From Burkholderiaceae bacterium (GTDB lineage: Bacteria; Pseudomonadota; Gammaproteobacteria; Burkholderiales; Burkholderiaceae_C), in assembly GCA_035539635.1 (NCBI GenBank), contig DATLIE010000368.1, positions 7,669 through 71,668 of the forward strand: a stretch of DNA of 64,000 nt, read 5' to 3'. The translations under genes and the position numbers were made by a program. The notes under the pieces were generated by a model. That model saw nothing but the letters and a program-made list of their open reading frames with translations, did not search any database and was not told where the DNA came from. Below are positions 47,521-56,851 of the stretch, one piece after another; the stretch's first letter is position 1, and each line of letters starts with the position of its first letter.

Positions 47521-47535
47521 GCGAGGGGCTGAGCG

Positions 47536-48834
47536 ATGCGTCGCGTCGCCGTGGTCGGGTCGGGCATCGCGGGTCTGTCGGCGGCCCATGCGCTGAACGG
47601 CCTCGCCAAGGTCACCCTGTTCGAAGCCGCGCCTTGGTTCGGCGGCCATGCGCACACGGTCGACATCGAACTGGAGGGCGTGCGACACGGCGTCGACACG
47701 GGCTTCCTGGTCTTCAACGAGCGCACCTACCCGGGCCTGATTCGCCTGTTCGGCGAACTCGACGTCGCAACCGCGCCGTCGGACATGTCTTTCTCGGTCC
47801 AGTCGCCCAGCACCGGATGGGAGTGGTGCGGCAGCGACCTCGGCGGCCTCTTCGCGCAAAGGCGCAACCTCGTGTCGCCGCGTTTCTGGTCGATGCTGAC
47901 GGACATCCTGCGCTTCAACCGGCTCGCGAATGCGCTGGCCCGGCATGAGGCCGAACTCGACGAGCCGATCGGCGATTTCCTCGACCGGCACCGCTTCGGC
48001 ACCGCTTTCCGCGACGGGTACTTCCTGCCGATGATCGGCTGCATCTGGTCCTGCCCCACGGACCAGATGCTGCGCTTCCCGGTCGGCACGATGGTCCGCT
48101 TCTGCCACAACCACGGCCTGATCCAGCTCACCGACCGGCCGCAGTGGCACACCGTGCGCGGCGGCTCGGCGAGCTACGTGCGGCGCATCGTCGCGGGGCT
48201 CGCCGACGCCCGGCTCGCCACGCCCGTGCGCGCCTTGCGGCGCCTGCCGCCGGGCGTGGGCAGCGCCGGCGTGATGCTGCACACCGACCAGGGCGCCGAA
48301 CGCTTCGACGAGGTGGTACTGGCCACTCACACCGACCAGTCGCTCGCGCTGCTGGTCGACGCCGATGCGGACGAACGCGCCGTGCTCGGCGCGATCCGCT
48401 ACCAGCCCAACCGCGTGCTGCTGCACACCGATGCCTCGGTGCTGCCGAAGCGGCGTCGCGCCTGGGCCGCGTGGAACTACGAACGTGCGGCCGATCGCTC
48501 GCGCGAGGACGCGGCCGTTTGCCTGCACTACCTGATCAACCGCCTGCAGCCACTGCCCTGGCGCCAGCCGGTGATCGTGTCCATGAACCCGGCGCGGCCG
48601 TTGCGCGACGACGCGGTGCTCGGCGAGTGGACCTACGCCCACCCGGTGTTCGACCATGCCGCCGTGGCGGCGCAGCGTGAGCTGCCGCGCATCCAGGGCC
48701 GCTCGCATGTCTGGTTCTGCGGCGCGTGGACCCGCTACGGCTTCCACGAGGACGGGCTGATGTCGGGCCAGGGCGTCGCGGACGCACTCAAGGCGCGTTG
48801 GGCTGTCGAGTCCGCAGTGGGAGCGGCAGCGTGA
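47536..48834 (+). CDS. FAD-dependent oxidoreductase (amine-oxidase/phytoene-desaturase fold; UfaD-like)
   Basis: VAVVGSGIAGLSAAHAL dinucleotide-binding motif. 432 aa. First gene of the operon; GAGGGG SD. Confidence 0.8.
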   Translation: MRRVAVVGSGIAGLSAAHALNGLAKVTLFEAAPWFGGHAHTVDIELEGVRHGVDTGFLVFNERTYPGLIRLFGELDVATAPSDMSFSVQSPSTGWEWCGSDLGGLFAQRRNLVSPRFWSMLTDILRFNRLANALARHEAELDEPIGDFLDRHRFGTAFRDGYFLPMIGCIWSCPTDQMLRFPVGTMVRFCHNHGLIQLTDRPQWHTVRGGSASYVRRIVAGLADARLATPVRALRRLPPGVGSAGVMLHTDQGAERFDEVVLATHTDQSLALLVDADADERAVLGAIRYQPNRVLLHTDASVLPKRRRAWAAWNYERAADRSREDAAVCLHYLINRLQPLPWRQPVIVSMNPARPLRDDAVLGEWTYAHPVFDHAAVAAQRELPRIQGRSHVWFCGAWTRYGFHEDGLMSGQGVADALKARWAVESAVGAAA

Positions 48835-49616
48835 GCGCGGTCTCGCAACTGGCGATCGGACGCGTGCATCACCTGCGCCTGAAGCCGGTGGCGCACGGCT
48901 TCGACTACGCGACCTACTTCCTGCTGCTCCCGCTGCGCTCGCTGCGCGAGCAGCCCGACCCCGCGCTCGCGCGCAACCGCTTCGGTCTGATCGCCTTCCA
49001 CGACCGCGACCACGGCGACGGCCGCTCTGACTGCCTCGCCTGGCTCGACGAGCGCCTGAAGGCTGAAGGGGTGCACGACGCCGGCGGCGAGGTCTGGCTG
49101 CAGACCTACCCGCGCGTGCTTGGCTACGTCTTCAAGCCGGTGAGCTTCTGGTACTGCCATCGCCGCGACGGCTCGCTCGCGGCGGTCGTGGCCGAAGTCA
49201 ACAACACCTTCGGCGAACGCCACTGCTACCTGCTCGCCGGGCCGGACCTGGCGTGGGGCCGCGACGTGCGCGCCGACAAGGTCTTCCACGTCTCGCCGTT
49301 CTGTCGCATCGAGGGCAGCTATCGCTTCCGCTTCGCCCGCACCGACAGCCGTGTCGTCGCGCGCGTGGAACTCGAGGATGCCCTGGGCCCGCTGCTGGTC
49401 ACCAGCCTCAGCGGCGACCTTGCGGACGCCACCGCCGCACGCCAGCGCCGCGCCTTCTTCGGCCAGCCCTGGATGACGCTGGGCGTCATCGCACGCATCC
49501 ACTGGCAAGCGCTGCGTCTGTGGCTCAAGCGCGTGCCCTTCGTGACCAAGCCACCTTCGCCGCCCCGGTCGATGACCCGGGACGCCCCGTCCACGCCCGA
49601 CGCCCTCGCCCGATGA
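48831..49616 (+). CDS. DUF1365-family protein (UfaO-like)
   Basis: GRVHHLRLKPVAHGFDYATYFLLLPL... and FKPVSFWYCH. The GTG start overlaps the upstream stop (GTGA). Confidence 0.75.
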   Translation: MSAVSQLAIGRVHHLRLKPVAHGFDYATYFLLLPLRSLREQPDPALARNRFGLIAFHDRDHGDGRSDCLAWLDERLKAEGVHDAGGEVWLQTYPRVLGYVFKPVSFWYCHRRDGSLAAVVAEVNNTFGERHCYLLAGPDLAWGRDVRADKVFHVSPFCRIEGSYRFRFARTDSRVVARVELEDALGPLLVTSLSGDLADATAARQRRAFFGQPWMTLGVIARIHWQALRLWLKRVPFVTKPPSPPRSMTRDAPSTPDALAR

Positions 49617-50845
49617 GTCTGCTCGCCCGCTCGCTGCGCTTCGGCGCACCCACTCCCGCCTCCGCGCCCGCGTCCGCCCGCGCCGCGCTCGGCCTGCTGT
49701 CGCGCCTGGCCGTCGGGCGGCTCGACCTGCAACTGCCTGACGGTTCGACGCGACGCTTCGGTCCCGCGGGCGCCGGGCAACCGCAGGCGGCGATCCGGCT
49801 GCTGAACTGGAACGTGTGCGCGGCCGCCCTCAGGTCCGGCGACATCGGCTTCGCCGAGAGCTACATCGCCGGCGAATGGCAAAGCCCCGACCTGACGTCG
49901 CTGCTGAAGCTCCTGGTCGCCAACCGCGAGGCGATCGAATCGGCGGTCTACGGCTCGTGGTGGGGGTCGCTGCTGCACCGGCTGCGCCACCTCGCGAACC
50001 GCAATTCGAAGCGCGGCAGCCGCAAGAACATCCATGCCCACTACGACCTCGGCAACCCCTTCTACCGCCTCTGGCTCGACGAGTCGATGTGCTACTCGTC
50101 GGCTTGGTTTGCGGGCGACCGCACGCAAAGCCTGGGCGAAGCGCAGCGCGCCAAGCTTCATCGTGCGCTGACCGAGTGCGCCCTGCAGCCGGGCGATCGG
50201 CTGCTCGAGATCGGCTGCGGCTGGGGCACGCTGGCGCGCAAGGCGGCCACGGCGTGCGGCGCCGAGGTCACGGGGGTGACCTTGTCCACCGAGCAGCTGG
50301 CATGGGCGCAGCAGGCGGTGGCGCGAGACGGCCTGGCCGAACGTGTCGACCTGCGCCTGCAGGACTACCGCGACATCGGCGATCCACCCTTCGACGCAGT
50401 CGTTTCGATCGAGATGTTCGAGGCCGTGGGCCGGGCGTACTGGCCCGGGTTCTTCGCCACCGTGCGCGACAAGCTCAAGCCCGGCGGCCGTGCGTGCATC
50501 CAGAGCATCACGATCCGCGACGACCTGTTCGAGCGCTACGTCGCGGGCACCGACTTCATCCAGCAGTACATCTTCCCGGGCGGCCTGCTGCCCAGCCCGA
50601 GCGAGTTCCGCAAGGCCGCCCGCGCGGCCGGCCTCGAGGTCGTCAACGAACTCGCGTTCGGCGCCGACTATGCCGAGACCCTGGTGCGCTGGCGCGAGCG
50701 CTTCCTGGCCGAAGAGCCGCGTGTGCGTGCGCTCGGCTTCGACACCCGGTTCATGCGCACCTGGGAGTTCTACCTCGCGTATTGCGAAGCCGCATTCGCT
50801 TGCGGCAACACCGATGTCATGCAGTTCACCCTGCGCCGCGCCTGA
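49613..50845 (+). CDS. Cyclopropane-fatty-acyl-phospholipid synthase-family SAM methyltransferase
   Basis: HYDLGNPFYRLWLDESMCYSSAWF and LLEIGCGWGTLA (SAM motif I). The ATG overlaps the upstream stop (ATGA). Confidence 0.9.
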   Translation: MSLLARSLRFGAPTPASAPASARAALGLLSRLAVGRLDLQLPDGSTRRFGPAGAGQPQAAIRLLNWNVCAAALRSGDIGFAESYIAGEWQSPDLTSLLKLLVANREAIESAVYGSWWGSLLHRLRHLANRNSKRGSRKNIHAHYDLGNPFYRLWLDESMCYSSAWFAGDRTQSLGEAQRAKLHRALTECALQPGDRLLEIGCGWGTLARKAATACGAEVTGVTLSTEQLAWAQQAVARDGLAERVDLRLQDYRDIGDPPFDAVVSIEMFEAVGRAYWPGFFATVRDKLKPGGRACIQSITIRDDLFERYVAGTDFIQQYIFPGGLLPSPSEFRKAARAAGLEVVNELAFGADYAETLVRWRERFLAEEPRVRALGFDTRFMRTWEFYLAYCEAAFACGNTDVMQFTLRRA

Positions 50846-51383
50846 ACGCCGGCGCTGGCTCGGCGCCGCGGCCCTGCTGGCAGCCTGGCCTGGCGCGTGG
50901 GGCCAGACGGCACTGCCACCCGAGGTGTCGCTCGAGCTGCCCGGCGCGCGCCTGCAGGGCCAGGGCACGCTGCGCTACTTCGGCCTGCGCGTCTACGACG
51001 CCGTGCTCTGGACCAACACGTCGCTGGCAGCCGCCGCCGCCAGCGCGACGCCGCTCGCGCTCGAGCTGCGCTACGCGCGCCGCCTGCGCGGGCCGCTGAT
51101 CGCCGAGCGCTCAATCCAGGAAATGCGGCGCCAGACCGAGATCGACGACGCGCGCGCGCGCCGCTGGCTCGACGCCCTGTCGCGCCTGTTCCCCGATGTC
51201 GACGAGGGCGACCGCATCACCGGCGTGCATCGACCCGGCGAGGCAGCGCGTTTTCACGTCAACGGCCGCTTCGTCGGCGAGCTGCGCGATGCCGACTTCG
51301 CGCGCCTGTTCTTCGGCATCTGGTTGTCGCCGCAGACCTCCGAACCCCAGCTGCGCGCGGCGCTGCTGGGAGGCGCTCCGTGA
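50814..51383 (+). CDS. Chalcone-isomerase-like (fatty-acid-binding fold) secreted protein
   Basis: Signal-like RRRWLGAAALLAAWPGAWG, then LRYFGLRVYDAVLW and FFGIWLSPQTSEP. The start is uncertain; the ATG chosen overlaps the preceding gene by 32 nt. Confidence 0.6.
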   Translation: MSCSSPCAAPERRRWLGAAALLAAWPGAWGQTALPPEVSLELPGARLQGQGTLRYFGLRVYDAVLWTNTSLAAAAASATPLALELRYARRLRGPLIAERSIQEMRRQTEIDDARARRWLDALSRLFPDVDEGDRITGVHRPGEAARFHVNGRFVGELRDADFARLFFGIWLSPQTSEPQLRAALLGGAP

Positions 51384-52663
51384 CCGAAGCGGCCCTGCGC
51401 CACGCGCCGCGCGCACAGCGGCTGCACGCCGGGCTGGCCTATGGCGCCCTCGGACTGCCGCTGGCCTTCGTCGCGCTGCCGCTGTACGTGCTGTTGCCCA
51501 GTCTCTACGCGACGCAATTCGGCGTGCCGCTCGCCGCCCTCGGCGCACTGCTGCTCGGCGCACGGCTGCTCGATGCAGTGGCCGACCCGTGGATCGGGCG
51601 CTGGGCCGATCGCTGGTTCGCGCACTCGCCGGGCCGCGCGCTGGCCGCCGCGGTGGGGGCGGCGTTGGTAGCGGCGGCCGGTTTCCACGCCCTGCTGTTC
51701 CCGCCCGTCGCCGCCGTGCCGGCCGTGCTCGTCTGGGGCGGCATGGGCCTCACACTGACCTACCTGGCCTACAGCGTGCTCGGCGTGGTGCACCAGTCCT
51801 GGGGCGCCCGGCTCGGCGGCGACGCGACACGGCGCGCCGGCATCGTGGCCTGGCGCGAAGGCTTCGCACTGGTCGGCGTGCTGGTGGCCAGCGTGCTGCC
51901 GTCGACCGCCGGGCTCGCGGCCACGAGCGCCGCCTTCGCCGCCGCGCTGGTGCTGGCGCTCGCTGCGCTGACGCAGGCGCCGCGGCCCGCGCCGAGCCGG
52001 CTGGCCGACCCCTTGCCGCCGCTCGGCCCGCTGCGCGACGCGGGCTTTCGCCGCCTGCTCGCCGTGTTCGTCGTCAACGGCATCGCGAGCGCCGTGCCGG
52101 CAACCCTGGTGCTGTTCTTCATCCGCGACCGGCTGCAACTCGCGGCCTGGGAGCCGCTGTTCCTTGCGAGCTACTTCGCGGCCGGCGCGCTGTCGATGCC
52201 CTTGTGGGTGCGCGCGGTGCCGCGCTTCGGGCTCGCGCGCCCCTGGCTGGCCGGCATGCTGCTGTCGGTGTTGGCCTTCGTCGGCGCCATCGCACTCGAC
52301 GCAGGCCAGGCGGCCGGCTACCTGGCTGTGTGCGTGGCCAGTGGCCTGGCCTTGGGGGCGGATCTCGCGCTGCCGAGCGCATTGCTCGCCGGCGTCATCG
52401 TCCGCTCGGGCCAGGCCGGTCGCGCAGAAGGCAGTTACTTCGGCTGGTGGAACTTCGCGATCAAGCTCAACCTCGCGCTCGCCGCGGGGCTCGCACTGCC
52501 GCTGCTGGCGGCGCTGGGCTACACGCCCGGCGCGCGCGACGCCGCCGCGCTGTCCGCGTTGACCTGGGCCTATTGCCTGCTGCCCTGCGTGCTCAAGCTG
52601 ACCGCCGCCGGCCTGTTGTGGCGCCTGTGGATGCGCTCCCCACACTCGGAGGATCGGCGATGA
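51380..52663 (+). CDS. MFS transporter (GPH-like)
   Basis: 12 hydrophobic segments and DAVADPWIGRWADR (GPH-type motif). The GTG start overlaps the upstream stop (GTGA). Confidence 0.75.
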   Translation: MTEAALRHAPRAQRLHAGLAYGALGLPLAFVALPLYVLLPSLYATQFGVPLAALGALLLGARLLDAVADPWIGRWADRWFAHSPGRALAAAVGAALVAAAGFHALLFPPVAAVPAVLVWGGMGLTLTYLAYSVLGVVHQSWGARLGGDATRRAGIVAWREGFALVGVLVASVLPSTAGLAATSAAFAAALVLALAALTQAPRPAPSRLADPLPPLGPLRDAGFRRLLAVFVVNGIASAVPATLVLFFIRDRLQLAAWEPLFLASYFAAGALSMPLWVRAVPRFGLARPWLAGMLLSVLAFVGAIALDAGQAAGYLAVCVASGLALGADLALPSALLAGVIVRSGQAGRAEGSYFGWWNFAIKLNLALAAGLALPLLAALGYTPGARDAAALSALTWAYCLLPCVLKLTAAGLLWRLWMRSPHSEDRR

Positions 52664-53205
52664 GACGACATCGGAAGCTGCGTTGGATCGCGCCCTGGCT
52701 GCTGGCCGCGGCGCTGGCGGCCGGCTGCGCCAGTGCACCGGCGCCCGCCGACTACGCGCGGGAGACGCCGCGCCTGGATCTGCGCCGCTACTTCGACGGG
52801 CCGCTGGTCGCGCACGGCCTGTTCACCGACCGGGGCGGCAAGGTACAGCGCCGCTTCACGGTGCAGCTGCGCGGCACCTGGAACGGCCGCGACGGCGTGC
52901 TGGAGGAGGACTTCCGGTACAGCGACGGCAAGGTCGAGCGCCGCGTCTGGCGCCTGCAAGACCTGGGCGATGGCCACTACCGTGGACGCGCCGACGACGT
53001 GGTCGGCGAGGCCGTGGGGGTGGCGTCCGGCAACGCGCTGAACTGGCGCTACACGCTCGCGCTGAACGTCGACGGCCGAACGGTCGAGGTGCAGTTCGAC
53101 GACTGGATGTACCTGATGGACGAACGCGTGATGCTCAACAAGGCGGCGATGAGCAAGTTCGGCATCTTCCTCGGCGAAGTCACGCTCGCCTTCCACAAGC
53201 CATGA
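52660..53205 (+). CDS. DUF3833-like lipoprotein (lipocalin-like)
   Basis: Lipobox LAAGC. LDLRRYFDGPLVAHGLFTDRGGKVQRRF matches my recollection of DUF3833. The ATG overlaps the upstream stop. Confidence 0.65.
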   Translation: MRRHRKLRWIAPWLLAAALAAGCASAPAPADYARETPRLDLRRYFDGPLVAHGLFTDRGGKVQRRFTVQLRGTWNGRDGVLEEDFRYSDGKVERRVWRLQDLGDGHYRGRADDVVGEAVGVASGNALNWRYTLALNVDGRTVEVQFDDWMYLMDERVMLNKAAMSKFGIFLGEVTLAFHKP

Positions 53206-53212
53206 GCCCGCG

Positions 53213-53998
53213 ATGAGCCTGAATCCGCGCATCAACGACTGGCGCGACCGTGTGGTCTGGATCGTCGGCGCGTCCACGGGCATCGGGCGCGCGACGGCCG
53301 AGCGCCTGCTCGACGCCGGCGCGCGGGTGGTCGTGTCGGCCCGAAGCGAGGCGGGCCTGCACGCGATCTTGGCCGGTCGGGCGAACGCGCTGGCGATCGT
53401 GCTCGACGCCACCGATCGCGCCGCCGTGCACGACGCCGCGTTGCAGGTGCTCGCGCGCTTCGGCCGCATCGATCTGGCGGTGTACTGCGCCGGTCACTAC
53501 AAGGCGCTGCGCGCGACCGCGTTCGACCTCGACGAAATGCTGCGCCACCAGCAGGTCAACGTGACCGGCGCGTACCATCTGCTCGACGCCGTGCTGCCGC
53601 CGCTGCTGCGCCAGGCCGCGGCAGGGCAGCCGGCGCACCTGAGCCTGGTGGCCAGTGTGGCCGGCTACCGCGGCCTGCCGAACGCGCTGGCCTACGGGCC
53701 GACCAAGGCCGCGCTGATCCACCTGGCGGAAGTGCTCTACCTCGACCTGCAACCGAAGGGCATCGGCGTGTCCATCATCAACCCGGGCTTCGTCTCCACG
53801 TCGCTGACGGCGGGCAACCACTTCGAGATGCCGGCGCTCATCACCCCGGAGGAGGCGGCGCGCCAGATCGTGGCGGGCTGGGGCGCCGGCCGCTTCGAGA
53901 TCCACTTTCCGAAACGCTTCACGCTCTGGCTGAAGGCGATGCGCCTGCTCGGCGACGGGCCTTACTTCGCGGCGATTCGCCGCGCGACCGGCCTGTGA
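53213..53998 (+). CDS. Short-chain dehydrogenase/reductase
   Basis: VGASTGIGRATA (TGxxxGxG) and YGPTKAA (YxxxK). Confidence 0.85.
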   Translation: MSLNPRINDWRDRVVWIVGASTGIGRATAERLLDAGARVVVSARSEAGLHAILAGRANALAIVLDATDRAAVHDAALQVLARFGRIDLAVYCAGHYKALRATAFDLDEMLRHQQVNVTGAYHLLDAVLPPLLRQAAAGQPAHLSLVASVAGYRGLPNALAYGPTKAALIHLAEVLYLDLQPKGIGVSIINPGFVSTSLTAGNHFEMPALITPEEAARQIVAGWGAGRFEIHFPKRFTLWLKAMRLLGDGPYFAAIRRATGL

Positions 53999-54435
53999 CC
54001 CGGCATGCCGACCCGCGCGTGGCGCGCGTGGTCACGTTCTTTGAGGCGCTGACACCGGCGGACGTGGCACGGCTCGGTGAGTTCTACGTCGGCGACGCGC
54101 GCTTCAAGGACCCCTTCAACGAGGTGCAGGGCCTGCCGGCGATCCAGCAGGTGTTCGCGCACATGTACCGCACGCTCGACGGCCCGCGTTTCGTCGTGCA
54201 CGACAGGGTCGCCGAGGGCGATCAGGCCTTCCTGACCTGGGAGTTCCGCTTCCGCTTCCGGCGCTTCGATCAGCGCACCGAGCAGTGCGTGCGCGGCGGC
54301 TCGCATCTGGTGTTCGCCGCCGACGGCCGCATCGCGCTACACCGCGACTATTGGGACGCGGCCGAGGAGTTGTACGAGAAGCTGCCCGGTGTCGGCGCGC
54401 TGATGCGCTGGCTCAAGCGTCGGGCAAACGGCTGA
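53995..54435 (+). CDS. NTF2/SnoaL-like fold protein
   Basis: 146 aa containing FYVGDARFKDPFNEV...AFLTWEFRF. The GTG start overlaps the SDR stop (GTGA). Confidence 0.65.
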   Translation: MTRHADPRVARVVTFFEALTPADVARLGEFYVGDARFKDPFNEVQGLPAIQQVFAHMYRTLDGPRFVVHDRVAEGDQAFLTWEFRFRFRRFDQRTEQCVRGGSHLVFAADGRIALHRDYWDAAEELYEKLPGVGALMRWLKRRANG

Positions 54436-54516
54436 CGTCGGGCCCGCGCCGGGCCGCTCCCAAGCGGCCCGAGCTCCCCTCGGGGGGCGACGCCGAAGGC
54501 GTCTTGGGGCCGTTGG

Positions 54517-54981
54517 TTATCGCTGGCCTTCGGTCAGCGTGTCGAGCTGGAAGCGGCCGCTCTTGTCGACCAGCCAGATGTCGGTGTAGCGCACCGAGCC
54601 CATCTTGGCCGGCGCCGGGAACGGGCTGGCGGCCTTGATCATGGTCACGGCCCAGGGCTCGACTTCGGCGGCGGCGGGCTTGCGCACCACGCGCACGTTC
54701 TGCACATTGCCCTGCGCGTCGATCTCGGTCTCGATGATCGCGATGCCGTACAGCAGCGGCGGCATCTTGCCCTTGTGGATGTGCTTGGCGTACGCCGCGT
54801 AGATGTGACGGGCGCCGTCGCTGCGGTACTCGAGAGGCGTCTGCGCTTCCGAGGGCCGCTTGAACGCGCCGGCCACGGCCGGCGTGCTGGAGAACTTGTT
54901 GGACTGCGCCAGCGCGGCAGGGGCGGCGAGGGCCGCAGCCAGGGCCAGCGTGGCAACGAGGGGCAGGCGGGGGGTGTTCAT
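54517..54981 (-). CDS. Secreted protein with TonB C-terminal-like domain
   Basis: Signal peptide MNTPRLPLVATLALAAALAAPAALA. The C-terminal part reads GIAIIETEIDAQGNVQNVRVVRKP...AVTMIKAASPFPAP. Confidence 0.5.
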   Translation of the reverse strand: MNTPRLPLVATLALAAALAAPAALAQSNKFSSTPAVAGAFKRPSEAQTPLEYRSDGARHIYAAYAKHIHKGKMPPLLYGIAIIETEIDAQGNVQNVRVVRKPAAAEVEPWAVTMIKAASPFPAPAKMGSVRYTDIWLVDKSGRFQLDTLTEGQR

Positions 54982-55070
54982 GCGGCTCAGTCTAGGAACA
55001 CGGTTCCCGCCCGTGGCGTGCGTTCCGCACACCGCCCCCGGCCTTGCGATTGGTTACTGCGACGCAGTTC

Positions 55071-56033
55071 TCAGCGCAGCCAGCCCTTGCGCCGGAAATA
55101 GATGAAGGGCGCCGCCACCGACGCGGCCATCAGCGCCAACGCGAACGGATAACCGAGCGGCCAGTCGAGCTCGGGCATGGCCTTGAAGTTCATGCCGTAG
55201 ACGCTGGCGATCAAGGTCGGCGGCAGCAGCGCGACGCTGGCCACCGAGAAGATCTTGATGATCTTGTTCTGGTTGATGTTGACGAAGCCGATCGTCGCGT
55301 CGAGCAGGAAGTTGATCTTGTCGAACAGGAAGGCCGTGTGGCTGTCGAGCGAATCGATGTCGCGCAGGATCTGGCGCGCCTCCTCGAACTGCTCGGCATT
55401 GAGCATGCGGCTGCGCATCATGAAGCTGACCGCGCGCCGGGTGTCCATCACATTGCGCCGGATGCGGCCGTTCAGGTCCTCCTCACGCGCGATCGCGGCC
55501 AGTGCGGCGCCGGCGGCCTTGTCGTCCACGTCCTGCTTCAGCGTGCCGGCGCTGACCTTCTCGAGACTGTCGTAGATGCCCTCCAGCGCGTCGGCGCTGT
55601 ACTCGGCGTCAGCGTCGTAGAGCTTGAGCAACACGTCCTTCGCGTCCTCGATCAGCGCCGGAATGCGGCGTGCGCGCAGGCGCAGCAGGCGAAACACCGG
55701 CAGGTCTTCCGCGTGGACGGAGAACAGGACCTGCTGGTGCAGGATGAAGGCCACACGCACGTTGCGCGGCGTCTGGTCGTCGTCGATCAGGAAGTCGGAG
55801 CGGATGTGCAGCTCGCCGTTGTCTTCCTCATAGAAGCGCGCCGACTCCTCGAGGTCGTCGTCGACGATGTCATCGGGCAGCGTGAGGCCGAAGCGGCCAC
55901 GCAGCCAGCCCTTCTCTTCCGCCGACGGGGCTTCCAGGTCGACCCAGACCGGCTGCACGCCGGCCAGCGCCTGCGCGCTGTCGATCTCTTGCTGGACCAG
56001 CCGGCCATTGACCAGCGTGAAGACGTTGAGCAT
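55071..56033 (-). CDS. corA: Magnesium/cobalt transporter CorA
   Basis: YGMNF motif and two C-terminal TM helices. 320 aa from MLNVFTLVNG. Confidence 0.9.
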   Translation of the reverse strand: MLNVFTLVNGRLVQQEIDSAQALAGVQPVWVDLEAPSAEEKGWLRGRFGLTLPDDIVDDDLEESARFYEEDNGELHIRSDFLIDDDQTPRNVRVAFILHQQVLFSVHAEDLPVFRLLRLRARRIPALIEDAKDVLLKLYDADAEYSADALEGIYDSLEKVSAGTLKQDVDDKAAGAALAAIAREEDLNGRIRRNVMDTRRAVSFMMRSRMLNAEQFEEARQILRDIDSLDSHTAFLFDKINFLLDATIGFVNINQNKIIKIFSVASVALLPPTLIASVYGMNFKAMPELDWPLGYPFALALMAASVAAPFIYFRRKGWLR

Positions 56034-56287
56034 GGAACTCGGCTCCAGCGCCGCGCGCGGCGCGAGGGGCAGGCGATGGGGGAACCGGCAAACCGTCGCA
56101 CCCCACCACAACGCTGGAGCGGACGGTCACCGAGGGTGACTCGGGTCCAAACGGGTCTCCGGACAAAGACGAAAGATTATGTCACCGCCATTCGATCGCG
56201 ACGGTGCCATGATGGGCTCGCCGGGTTGCTGGATCGGCGCCTCTCGCCCGTCCGCCTGGGCACTGTCGTTCTCGAAAGGAAATCCTG

Positions 56288-56626
56288 ATGAATCTGACGA
56301 TCAGCGGACACCATCTCGAAGTCACCCCCGCGCTGCGCGAATACGTCGTCAACAAGCTGGACCGCGTGACGCGGCACTTCGATCAGGTGGTCGACATCAC
56401 CGTCTTGCTGACCGTGGAGAAGCAAAAGGAGAAGGAGCGAAGGCAGAAGGCCGAAGTGAACCTGCACGTGAAGGGGCGCGACATCCACGTCGAACACGCC
56501 AACGAGGACCTGTACGCCGCGATCGACCAGTTGGTGGACAAGCTCGACCGCCAGGTGTGCCGCCACAAGGACCGCGTGCAGGAGCACCACCATGCAACCG
56601 CCAAGCGCATGGAAGCAAGTCCGTGA
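56288..56626 (+). CDS. hpf: Ribosome hibernation promoting factor
   Basis: [24 protein letters not shown]... 112 aa. Confidence 0.9.
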   Translation: MNLTISGHHLEVTPALREYVVNKLDRVTRHFDQVVDITVLLTVEKQKEKERRQKAEVNLHVKGRDIHVEHANEDLYAAIDQLVDKLDRQVCRHKDRVQEHHHATAKRMEASP

Positions 56627-56648
56627 CAACAGTTAGCGCACACAAACA

Positions 56649-56671
56649 AGCGGCCCGCGGGCCGCTTTTTC
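56649..56671 (+). terminator. Intrinsic terminator after hpf
   Basis: GCGGCCCGCGGGCCGC followed by TTTTT. Confidence 0.75.
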
Positions 56672-56851
56672 GTGGCCTGGGGCCGCGTCGGTGTCGCACC
56701 GCAGCAAATGCGCAACACCACCCCCTCTGGGCGGGGCGTGCCTCTATCTGCGCCACGACGCGGCTCCCATAATTCACCGTTCCGACATGTTTCCGCTGCG
56801 TCAGCCGAGCAAGCCACGGCGCGTTGAATGCAACGGAAGGACCCGCCCCGA

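Noticed and set aside
47269-47532. 87-aa plus-strand ORF filling the leader
   Set aside because: It has no SD. It reads through the polypyrimidine tract and the terminator hairpin, and its composition is implausible. I treat the region as non-coding leader.
54451-54503. Cluster of GC hairpins between the convergent NTF2-like and TonB_C-like genes as terminators
   Set aside because: The stems are real (GGGCCGCT-ccca-AGCGGCCC; GACGCC-gaa-GGCGTC) but neither is followed by a T-tract. A terminator function is plausible but unsupported.
56257-56273. Sigma-54-like promoter TGGGCAC-n5-TTCTC upstream of hpf
   Set aside because: The -24 GG is present, but the -12 GC is missing at the required spacing. 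The match is too weak to call.
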